Assembly: GCA_021107495.1 (NCBI GenBank)
Contig: JAIOSR010000244.1
Coordinates: forward strand, 1 to 37,321
Direction: 5' to 3'
Source: Desulfobacterales bacterium
GTDB taxonomy: Bacteria > Desulfobacterota > DSM-4660 > Desulfatiglandales > Desulfatiglandaceae
Length of the DNA: 37,321 nt
Shown here one piece after another: positions 1-8,202 of this stretch. Within the stretch, counting starts at the first letter, position 1; each line of letters opens with the position of its first letter. The translations under genes were made by a program, and so were the position numbers. The notes beneath the pieces are model-generated. The model was not told where the DNA came from, searched no databases, and saw only the letters and a program-made list of their open reading frames with translations.

Positions 1-1
1 G

Positions 2-715
2 GCCGTGGGGAGTTTTGTAATAAAGCTCTTTGAGATCTCTATGGCCAGCGCAGGATTGAGCCTCGAAAGCGCAAAAAAAGAGGGCTTTGATGCTGTGAGT
101 GCCTTTGTGATCCAGTTTGACCGGGCCCATTTTTATCCTGAAAAGGACCTCATGTATTTGGAATTAGTTGTGGAAAAAGGAAGCGGACGTGTCCTGGGCA
201 TTCAGGGTTTAGGAAATACCGGGGAAGGCATGATGGGCAGAATCAGCGCGGTAGCCCCTCTTCTGAAATACAAAATCACGACAGAGGATATAAGCAATCT
301 GGAACTCCCCTATTCACCCCCGTTTTCATCGGCCATGGATATCCTGAATGCATTGGGCAACACGGCTGAAAATATCTTAGCAGGGAAAAACAGGGTTATC
401 GAAGCGGCCGAATTCTCTGATTGGTGGGAAAAGAGACACAAAGGAGACATGCTCTGCCTGGATTGTCGGGAATGGGGAAATGCGGGCCCCTTTGTTGAAA
501 AATACCCTGAGCACTGGAAGAGCATTCCGCAGGGCGAACTGAGAACCCGGTTGGCGGAAGTTCCCAAAGACAAGAAGCTTGTACTGATCTGCAATACGGG
601 TGTCCGCTCCTATGAGGCCCAGATAACCCTCGATCAGATGGGTATAAAGGATAGCTATAACCTTCAGGGTGGGATGGCCGCCGTCAAAAAATGGGGGGTT
701 GATCTGCTGGAATAG
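2..715 (+). CDS. Pyridine nucleotide-disulfide oxidoreductase (NADH oxidase / CoA-disulfide reductase family), C-terminal part with fused rhodanese domain; 5' end lies outside the window
   Basis: The frame is open to the window edge. Dimerisation-domain-like sequence (GIQGLGNTGEGMMGRISAVA, LELPYSPPFSSAMD) is followed by a rhodanese active-site loop, LVLICNTGVRSYEAQ. Confidence 0.75.
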   Translation, partial: AVGSFVIKLFEISMASAGLSLESAKKEGFDAVSAFVIQFDRAHFYPEKDLMYLELVVEKGSGRVLGIQGLGNTGEGMMGRISAVAPLLKYKITTEDISNLELPYSPPFSSAMDILNALGNTAENILAGKNRVIEAAEFSDWWEKRHKGDMLCLDCREWGNAGPFVEKYPEHWKSIPQGELRTRLAEVPKDKKLVLICNTGVRSYEAQITLDQMGIKDSYNLQGGMAAVKKWGVDLLE

Positions 716-1191
716 GCCTCCCGTCCCGACCCTGCCTTCGGAGGCGCAAATGGACTTCTTCGAAGCCCTTTAATGATAAAATAGTAATAATTAATTTGTA
801 TCAGGAGAACGGTTATTACTGCGAACACCCTGTTTGTCATTTCCTTGATGTATAAGTATATCGGGACTGAAGCCATTATGCCGCAGGCGCAACTGACCCA
901 TTCAGCTACCTTCAGACTATCTCCAAAAAGCAATTGCCCACACGCGATAAAAAAAGGATAAAGGGGAGGCAAAATTAGCCCGATATCGGCATAACTCCAA
1001 TTTGGAATGTAGAATTGCCCATTATAGAACAAATCTCTTCCCATGGTCATGTAAGCGACAGTATCTGGAGGAAATTGCCTGGGGCTGTAGTTAAAAAACT
1101 GGGTGACTGGGTTCAATCCAATTACCAAAAGCAAGCAAAGAAAATCTGGATACCAACGCTTGAGATCAGGATTCTTGATGGTAATTCTCAC
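664..1191 (-). pseudogene. Truncated N-terminal remnant of an ArnT/PMT-like GT-C membrane glycosyltransferase
   Basis: GTG-started ORF with AAGGAA upstream. The first ~130 aa are hydrophobic helices with a GT-C-like first loop (PPDTVAYMTMGRDLFYNGQF). The hydrophobic signal stops near 790, and the frame then runs through low-complexity sequence into the 3' end of the convergent gene (overlap 664-715). Intact family members are about 500 aa. Confidence 0.4.
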
Positions 1192-1541
1192 CTTAAATTC
1201 CTTAGCACAGAAAATTCATCATTTCTTTCAAAGGGTTATTTCAGAAAGCTAAAATTCTTCATGTCGTCACGCGCCAGCAGTTTCGAACTACGAGGCTGCC
1301 CCAGAATGTTTATGCTTGGCCAATTTTCCATAAAAGAATTCTGAAAATGATCTGAAATATACTGTGTCAAAACCAAATGTGAACGAAAACGAAATGATAA
1401 TGAAGCACGAAATGTTAGTAAAAACAACAGTATATAATTTATTATAAGTTGACGATACCCATACTCTGTGGTAATTATATGATTTTATCTTAACTGTAGA
1501 TTCGGAAGCTGCTATGCATCGGGATGTGAATAGGAGTCCAA

Positions 1542-2483
1542 TCACTCATCGGACTCGGATCTAACTTTCCTGCGCAACGTCCAAAAAGAAACTCCCAGTG
1601 CGTAGCTCGACGGACCTCCAAGAACAATGCTTGCAAGGATGTTCCCTGTACGGTTGACCAAAGGCACCAATAAGGCAGTTTCATAGGGAACACCCGACTG
1701 GGTAAGAAGCAGAATAATAGTCCCGTCGTAGGCCCCTAACCCCATTGGAATCATGGATATGAATCCGGCGAATATACTGATCATTGTAATAATGGCAAGT
1801 TGGAATAAATCAAGCTTCGTGTTTAGAGCCGCGAGGATAAAGCTATGGCGGCAGACGTAACCTGCAATATCAAAAAGTAAGCATATGATTGCCGAAAAAA
1901 CCACTTTATGGGTTAGCAGCCTCATATTGTCATGCAACATATTCAAAATATTCTGTAACTTGTGCCGAAGCAGGTAAGCGAGAAGCAAAAAAACCGGTAT
2001 TATCAACAGAAACAAAAGGACATATTGCGGGAAATCAATGCCGTAGGCCGGCAGGAAAATGAGGGCCGGGAGTCCCCACAACGAATAGTTCAATAGACCA
2101 TCTAAAGCCATGAAGGTTGTAACATTTAACAATGTTACCTTTAGTTGCGAGGTCAAGAGATACATTCTCACCGGCAGACCGAGTTTGGCGGGGAAGATAT
2201 AAGTGACAAGTGCAGTCACAGAAAAGATGCATAACAGCTTTTTGTATGGTGCCCGGTCTGGTCCTAACGGATTTCCCAAGTAAAAATACCAACGCACAGG
2301 TTCCACAAAAAAATGAAAAAGTGTAAAGAGGAAAGCAAGCCCGAGAGACGATAGTCTCATTTTGCGCAATAAGACCATGACATCGCTGCGAAAACCGGGA
2401 ATCATGTAGGCTTGGGCACCGATGAGAAGAACAGCAAAAACAAAGATCCAAATAAGCTTATTATTAATGAATCGGCTTTTCAT
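1542..2483 (-). CDS. Polytopic membrane protein of the LPG-synthase-TM / flippase-like family (UPF0104-type)
   Basis: 313 aa with about 8 hydrophobic helices. The motifs FPAKLGLPVRMYLL and SMIPMGLGAYDGTIILLL...LVNRTGN resemble the conserved P-x-G-x-G-x-x-E/D and Arg motifs of this family. Confidence 0.55.
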   Translation of the reverse strand: MKSRFINNKLIWIFVFAVLLIGAQAYMIPGFRSDVMVLLRKMRLSSLGLAFLFTLFHFFVEPVRWYFYLGNPLGPDRAPYKKLLCIFSVTALVTYIFPAKLGLPVRMYLLTSQLKVTLLNVTTFMALDGLLNYSLWGLPALIFLPAYGIDFPQYVLLFLLIIPVFLLLAYLLRHKLQNILNMLHDNMRLLTHKVVFSAIICLLFDIAGYVCRHSFILAALNTKLDLFQLAIITMISIFAGFISMIPMGLGAYDGTIILLLTQSGVPYETALLVPLVNRTGNILASIVLGGPSSYALGVSFWTLRRKVRSESDE

Positions 2484-2524
2484 GTAGGCCCTTAAAGGTT
2501 TTTTAGCTCAGAGATCCATTTACC

Positions 2525-3268
2525 ATGGAAAATTTGGAATCCAAACGCTACAAGGAATTTTACAGCCTTGAATCCCGACATTACCACGCCCTGCGCTATG
2601 AGACTCTCTACGGGCGTCTTTTTCAAAGCTTGCATCACTATGTCCTTCGCGAAGTGCTTGACCCCTTGACACGCCAGGCCAAGGTTTTGGAAGTGGCCTG
2701 CGGCACCGGCCATATAACAAAGCTCTTTGTCGACATGGGATTCCGGCCCGTGGCCTGCGATTTAACCCCGCAAATGATGCACCAGGCCCGCGCTCGTTGT
2801 CAAGGGCTTAGCCTTTTTTTGGAGACGGATGCCTTTCAATTGCCTTTTCCAAACGGAATTTTCGACGCCCTAATCTCCACCCGCTTTCTCCATTTGTTCC
2901 CTCATGAACAGCAACAGCTTCTATTCGTTGAGATGCTGCGTGTGCTAAGGCCGGGAGGATTGTTAGTTGTTGATTTCGACAATTTTTTCAGTCGCTGGCT
3001 TCTTGCGGTACCTTTCCTGATTTACAATTTGATTCGTTATCATCGTGTCGCCCCCGATAGCATATATAACCGGATAAAAGCAACCGAAAAAACATTGAAC
3101 AAATTGGGGGTTAACGAGACTTTATGTTACGGCATAGGTGGGACCCATTTAGTAGTGCCTTGCTGGTTTTCCCAAAATCTTGCTTTTTTCTTGGGGCTCA
3201 AACATCAACGTAAACCTCTTAGATGCCTGGCGGAGCAATTTATCATTTGTGGTAGAAAAGGCCCATGA
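2525..3268 (+). CDS. Class I SAM-dependent methyltransferase
   Basis: Motif I VLEVACGTGHITKLF, acidic post-I residue (VACDLTP), and LRPGGLLVVDFD. Its stop overlaps the next gene's start (ATGA at 3265-3268). Confidence 0.8.
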   Translation: MENLESKRYKEFYSLESRHYHALRYETLYGRLFQSLHHYVLREVLDPLTRQAKVLEVACGTGHITKLFVDMGFRPVACDLTPQMMHQARARCQGLSLFLETDAFQLPFPNGIFDALISTRFLHLFPHEQQQLLFVEMLRVLRPGGLLVVDFDNFFSRWLLAVPFLIYNLIRYHRVAPDSIYNRIKATEKTLNKLGVNETLCYGIGGTHLVVPCWFSQNLAFFLGLKHQRKPLRCLAEQFIICGRKGP

Positions 3269-4368
3269 AAATTTTATTGGTGGCACCTGAGATATGTAGC
3301 CCTTGGACAGAGGGCCGGAAGAGATTTGTGCGTGACCTTGGCTTTGCGTTAAGCAAGGAACATGATGTCATGCTCCTATGTACCAAGGCAAAGGGCCAGA
3401 CAACGGATTTCCCGGTACCTTACAAATCAGCGGAGCGTGGATGGGGTCCGTCTCATCTCATTTTCCTGCACAAGGCCATTGGGCCGATCATAAAAAATTT
3501 CAAGCCGCATCTTGTCTGTCATTTTCCTTATGCCACATTTCAACATATATATAAACCGGCCAACACCTGGACCATGTGGAATGTTGACAGATTATGCAGA
3601 AGACATTCGGTGCCTTGTTTTACTATAATGTATTCCATCAGCAAAGAAGCCACACCGGAAATGCTTAAACCATGGGTAAGCCACCTAGTGTTGAATCAAT
3701 TTTCTTCTGGATATGAGAAAAAGGTGCGTTTGGGCATCTGTTTTGACAACAAAATGCCGATTTTAGAGCACCGCAAGGACATACCAAGGCATCCAAAACT
3801 GCTATTTATGGCTGGCATGTGGCAACAGACCCGCAAACGATTAAAGTATGTCATTGAACGTCGTGGCCTATCTACTTTACTAAGAGCAGGTAAAAAATTG
3901 ACTGGAACAGGAACTCAGCTTATTGTTGCGGTCCCGCTCCTGAAAAATCCCAAATTAAGGAATCTGCTCTTGTGTGATCCCAATAATACCTGGCCGAGAG
4001 AATGCATCAAATTGACCGGAGAAGTAACTGTGCCGGATATTTTTAAAAGAGTTGACCTCTTTATTTTTCCCTATGCACGTGAAGAAAGCGTATTCATTCC
4101 AACGTCCGTCATAGAGTCTATGGCATGGGGAACACCTGTTGTTTTATCAGACCATGCCTTTTTGAGTAATTTAAGACAAGGTGGAAAAACCGCCTTAAGC
4201 TTTCCTCCTGGTGATTCGAATAAGCTGACGAGTATTATTGCTGACTTATTAAATGATACGGACAAATACAATACTCTCAGAGAGAACGGCATTCGCTATG
4301 TACGTGAGGAAATGAGCATAGAAGAATCGTGCAAAGATTTATTATCCCTTTATAAGCACCTGCTTTAA
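3265..4368 (+). CDS. Glycosyltransferase family 4 (GT-B fold)
   Basis: 367 aa. The N-terminus KILLVAPE and the C-terminal EX7E-type region FPYAREESVFIPTSVIESMAWGTPVVLSD fit the family. It is translationally coupled to the upstream methyltransferase. Confidence 0.8.
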   Translation: MKILLVAPEICSPWTEGRKRFVRDLGFALSKEHDVMLLCTKAKGQTTDFPVPYKSAERGWGPSHLIFLHKAIGPIIKNFKPHLVCHFPYATFQHIYKPANTWTMWNVDRLCRRHSVPCFTIMYSISKEATPEMLKPWVSHLVLNQFSSGYEKKVRLGICFDNKMPILEHRKDIPRHPKLLFMAGMWQQTRKRLKYVIERRGLSTLLRAGKKLTGTGTQLIVAVPLLKNPKLRNLLLCDPNNTWPRECIKLTGEVTVPDIFKRVDLFIFPYAREESVFIPTSVIESMAWGTPVVLSDHAFLSNLRQGGKTALSFPPGDSNKLTSIIADLLNDTDKYNTLRENGIRYVREEMSIEESCKDLLSLYKHLL

Positions 4369-4510
4369 AAGACGTCCAGATACTCTTGACTCAGACATGA
4401 TAAAACTTACCTCATGAAAGTTGGATCAACCCCATTTATCTGCGTCTCATTCATCCACCAAGTATGCGACAAGGCGATTATGAGGCCAAAAGGACCTTCT
4501 CAACATCTTT

Positions 4511-5596
4511 CTAAGCCTGGCGAATATGCTCACAAATACGTTCGATATCCTCATTAGGAAGAGTATCATAAAGCGGTAAGCAAAGAATCGAACGGGCTAC
4601 CCGTTCAGATACAGGTAATGAGTCTTGTGGTGCGAAAATGGGTACAGTGTTCAGGGAAGGGTAGAAGTATCTACGGGTATATATATTACCATCAATCAAA
4701 CGGTCCATTGCGCGTAACAAAAGCTCTTCGCTGTCAAAAAGAATCGGCATATAGCTATAGTTATACTCTTCCGCATCATATTTTTGAAATGTTATAAACT
4801 GCACCTCTGATAAGAGGTTTTGATAAAGCTCATATTTCTCCCGCCGGTTTCGTCTGACACGATCCAGCCACTTCAAATTGGCCAAACCAAGTCCGGCACT
4901 AACCTCCGTCATTTTGGCGTTCATGCCGGCATCTACGATATCTTTTCGTTCGTCAAATCCGAAAAACCGCATGCGTCGTATTCGTTCGGCCAGAAAGTCG
5001 TTATCGGTAACGCATGCGCCCCCTTCCGCCGTATTAAAAAGTTTAGTCGCGTGGAAGCTCATTGCAGAAATATCCCCATACTGCAATATCGACTTCCTGT
5101 CGACCTCAACTGCGATGGCATGGGCAGCATCATAGATTACTTTCAGACCATGTTTAGCGGCAATAGTTTGGATCAGGTCAACATCACAGGGAGCGCTGAA
5201 AACGTGAACAGGCAGAATAGCTGAAGTCTCATCTGTGATTTTTTCTTCAATCTTTTCTGGGTCGATATTCCAGGTATCAGGGTCTATATCAACAAAAACA
5301 GGTCGACAACGTTCCCAGGCGATAATATTGGCCGTCGCAATAAAAGTGAAAGGGGTTGTTATTACCTCACCCGTTATATCTGTGGCACGAATAGCCAACT
5401 GAAGGGCACAGGTTCCGTTAGAGACACACACTACGTGCTTAACTTTGAGATAAGTGCTTAACTCCTTTTCAAGCCTCTGAACCATGGGACCATGGTGGGT
5501 CATTACACCTGTTTCCCAGATAGTGTTTAGATAGGTCACATATTGCTCAAGCGGAGCAAGTGACGGTTTGGTTACATAAATAGAGGGACTCGTCAT
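4511..5596 (-). CDS. DegT/DnrJ/EryC1/StrS-family PLP-dependent NDP-sugar aminotransferase
   Basis: 361 aa with the PLP-lysine motif SAMSFHATKLFNTAEGG and family-typical VSNGTCALQLA and DAAHA segments. An ATGA overlap (5593-5596) joins it to the upstream oxidoreductase. Confidence 0.9.
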   Translation of the reverse strand: MTSPSIYVTKPSLAPLEQYVTYLNTIWETGVMTHHGPMVQRLEKELSTYLKVKHVVCVSNGTCALQLAIRATDITGEVITTPFTFIATANIIAWERCRPVFVDIDPDTWNIDPEKIEEKITDETSAILPVHVFSAPCDVDLIQTIAAKHGLKVIYDAAHAIAVEVDRKSILQYGDISAMSFHATKLFNTAEGGACVTDNDFLAERIRRMRFFGFDERKDIVDAGMNAKMTEVSAGLGLANLKWLDRVRRNRREKYELYQNLLSEVQFITFQKYDAEEYNYSYMPILFDSEELLLRAMDRLIDGNIYTRRYFYPSLNTVPIFAPQDSLPVSERVARSILCLPLYDTLPNEDIERICEHIRQA

Positions 5597-6558
5597 ACAT
5601 TTTCCTTTCTAATGGCATCCAGGAGCTTAGCCTGGGAAATTAGGGAATCCCAGTGCACTTGGAAATCCTCTCCGTTTATCACCGTCCTTGCAAAAAAGCG
5701 GCACATGTTTACGTAGTGATTATCGGCGGCAAGTGTAAACTCCTGTTTCAGGTCTTGATGCTCCAGGCGTATCGTGGGCCTAAACCCTGGTGCGGCAGTG
5801 AAGGCCCGCTCAACCACAAGCTTACCTTTCGTGCCAAGAAATTCGTAGTTACACTGGTAGTAATAGTTAAACCCAAAAGAAACCTGGGCCACCTGTTCCA
5901 TTTTGTTTGTCAACATGGCATCGCCATAAATATCCACACCGAGGTCATCATCGTACTTCAATTTCGCTCCCAGTACCCTCAGGTCGGAGCCCAGGAAAAG
6001 TTGGGAAGCTTTGACCACATAAGCGCCTGCATCAAGAAGGGCCCCGCCCCCTAAGTGCCTATCATAACGAAAATTGTTCCCAGGCAAGGGTGGAAAACCA
6101 AAAGTACACCGAAGCAGGTGAATGTCACCTAACTCACCCCTTGCAATCAGATCGTTCACCCACGCGTGCTGTAAATGATGTGGGAACAAAAAATTTTCCA
6201 GTACCAACATTTTTTTTTCACGGGCTAGGTCAACCATGGCGCGAGCTGATCGAATATTTTCGGCAAAAGACTTCTCGACCAGGATATGCTTTCCAGCCTC
6301 CAGCGTCTTGATCACCCATTCTTCATGCAGACCTGTGGGCAGAGGCATGTAAATTGCGTCGATAGAGTCGCAACCAAGAAGTTTTTCATAACCTACAAAA
6401 GCATCGCATTTGAAGCGTTCGGCAAATTTTCGCGCCTTTTCTTCGGTACGACTGGCTATTGCGACCGGACAAACATCTTCGCATTCCATCATTGCGGGAA
6501 GCATTGCGCGCCACGCGATATCGGCACAACCCATTACACCAATTCGCAATTTGTTCAT
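5593..6558 (-). CDS. Gfo/Idh/MocA-family NAD(P)-dependent oxidoreductase, candidate NDP-hexose ketoreductase
   Basis: 321 aa with an N-terminal Rossmann motif (LRIGVMGCADIAWRA) and the conserved ILVEKSF segment. It sits between the 2,3-dehydratase and the aminotransferase. Confidence 0.85.
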   Translation of the reverse strand: MNKLRIGVMGCADIAWRAMLPAMMECEDVCPVAIASRTEEKARKFAERFKCDAFVGYEKLLGCDSIDAIYMPLPTGLHEEWVIKTLEAGKHILVEKSFAENIRSARAMVDLAREKKMLVLENFLFPHHLQHAWVNDLIARGELGDIHLLRCTFGFPPLPGNNFRYDRHLGGGALLDAGAYVVKASQLFLGSDLRVLGAKLKYDDDLGVDIYGDAMLTNKMEQVAQVSFGFNYYYQCNYEFLGTKGKLVVERAFTAAPGFRPTIRLEHQDLKQEFTLAADNHYVNMCRFFARTVINGEDFQVHWDSLISQAKLLDAIRKENV

Positions 6559-6587
6559 TCTGACACAATCCTCTACAGCGATATATT

Positions 6588-8054
6588 CTACAGAAAGCCA
6601 AAACAGGACAACAAACAGCGGCCTTCAACATTGAAAAAATTATTGTATCTGATAAAATTTTTGATTTGGCCCATCGTCATCCAGATGTAGTTATCAGGGA
6701 CTTTTAGAGGGAAATCATCCCCCAGTTCAATCAGCATATTCTTATTCTCTTCCTGAAAGAAACGCCCCCCTTCCTCAGATTGAAAGGTTGAAAAATGAAC
6801 TCGCTCAGGTGGGACGTTTGAAACGTATTCCAGGAATGGGGGAAGGTTTTCGGACTTTTCATCTTTATAATTCCCCGTAACACACTGAACCGTCGGTGCC
6901 ATTTCGACCACGTCGAAATTGCCTGCTTCGACTTTTGCCTGTACAAGAAAGTGCAAAACGCCACTAATATTCCGCACTAAATAGGCTACAATCCCGTCCT
7001 CCTGAGGCTTCACCAATGGTTGCGTCCAGTTCAGCACTTCTCGATTATCAGTCTGAACCGCCACAGCGATGACTGTGAAATATTTCCCTTTATCATGGTG
7101 AATCTGGTAATCGGTTTTGTGCCAGTTTTTCACGAACTTGAGGGGTATACACTCCGCATTCAATTCATAACGGACTTTGAGCTCTGTAAACCAACTAATA
7201 ATCGTATCCGAATCGTAGACGCCCTCATTCGTGGCTAAGGCAGAGTTAAAAAGCTTCAGTTGGAATTCATCAAAATCACAATTGACGGCACTTGCATCCA
7301 CAGTACCCATATTTTTAACGGTAGGGAGTAAATCTGACACTCCCATGCCTTGCAGCTCGGGTGCCGCAAATTGAATACAGGACAAAACAGTCCTGGAATC
7401 CATGTTAATAATGTGATCATATTGGATCAACTTGTATATCTGACCTAATGTGAGCCAGCAATAGTCGTCCAGGACCTGCACCTCCTTAGAAGTTTCTATG
7501 ATGATGTTCCTGTTCCGTTTTCTCAGGAAACGGGCTCCCTGCTCCGATTGAAGTGAATCAACAAGTATGGTTGAGTCGGACTTGTCCAAAAAATACTCTA
7601 AGTATGGCGGTGTTCCTCCTCTGTGGACGCGGGTATAATTGCTGCGGGTGGCCTGTAACGTTGGTGCAAGTTGCACCAAATGGATGTTGCCCGGCTCCAT
7701 CTTGGCCTGCATGAGGAAATAAAGAATACCATCAAACTTCTTGGCGAGTATTCCCAATATGCCTATTTCCGGCTGGTTCATAATGGGCTGCGACCATTGG
7801 GATACCCTTCCTACATTGGTCTCTACCCAGATCCCTTCAATGGAAAAGAACTTTCCGGTTGAGTGAATGAGATTTCCTGTTGATGGCTCAAAAGACCATT
7901 CTTCTAAATCTTTAAATGGAATCTGCTCAATGCGGAACTTATGGGTCTGCCGGCGGGATAAAAACCAGTCCATAAAATTCTCAGTCTTCATGAACGGATT
8001 ATGTTCTGTAAGCGCCGATACCAAAAAATTCAATTCTTTAGAATTCATTTTCAC
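6588..8054 (-). CDS. NDP-hexose 2,3-dehydratase (EvaA/TylX3-like, two tandem hexose-dehydratase domains)
   Basis: An internal duplication is visible in the protein. The N-half has LYFLMQAKMEPGN...EQGARFLRKRNRNIIIE...YCWLTLGQI. The C-half has LHFLVQAKVEAGN...EEGGRFFQEENKNMLIEL...YIWMTMGQI. The ORF starts at GTG 8054; ATG 8048, with AGGGA 7 nt upstream, is the likelier start. Confidence 0.85.
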   Translation of the reverse strand: MKMNSKELNFLVSALTEHNPFMKTENFMDWFLSRRQTHKFRIEQIPFKDLEEWSFEPSTGNLIHSTGKFFSIEGIWVETNVGRVSQWSQPIMNQPEIGILGILAKKFDGILYFLMQAKMEPGNIHLVQLAPTLQATRSNYTRVHRGGTPPYLEYFLDKSDSTILVDSLQSEQGARFLRKRNRNIIIETSKEVQVLDDYCWLTLGQIYKLIQYDHIINMDSRTVLSCIQFAAPELQGMGVSDLLPTVKNMGTVDASAVNCDFDEFQLKLFNSALATNEGVYDSDTIISWFTELKVRYELNAECIPLKFVKNWHKTDYQIHHDKGKYFTVIAVAVQTDNREVLNWTQPLVKPQEDGIVAYLVRNISGVLHFLVQAKVEAGNFDVVEMAPTVQCVTGNYKDEKSENLPPFLEYVSNVPPERVHFSTFQSEEGGRFFQEENKNMLIELGDDFPLKVPDNYIWMTMGQIKNFIRYNNFFNVEGRCLLSCFGFL

Positions 8055-8202
8055 ATCCCTAATTGTTCAAATGACATCATGTCGTACCATTCAAATGAGG
8101 GTGCCTTTTTTTAGTCGGCTTGATTATCTTTATGTGAGAAGGTTAAAATACTCAGTAAGCACATCCCTTATCTTGTTGAAGTTTGGTCCCGGGCAAATAA
8201 AA

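Noticed and set aside
1015-1545. Short ORFs (1015-1344 +, 1236-1427 -, 1288-1545 -, 1490-1693 -) in the AT-rich region
   Set aside because: They have no SD, no recognisable domains and mutually overlapping frames. The region is treated as non-coding or degraded.
8100-8140. AGGCACCCTCATTTGAA upstream of the 2,3-dehydratase as a sigma-54 promoter; nearby TCATTTGAA direct repeat
   Set aside because: The -12 region lacks the GC dinucleotide and the spacing is off by one, so it is too weak to call.
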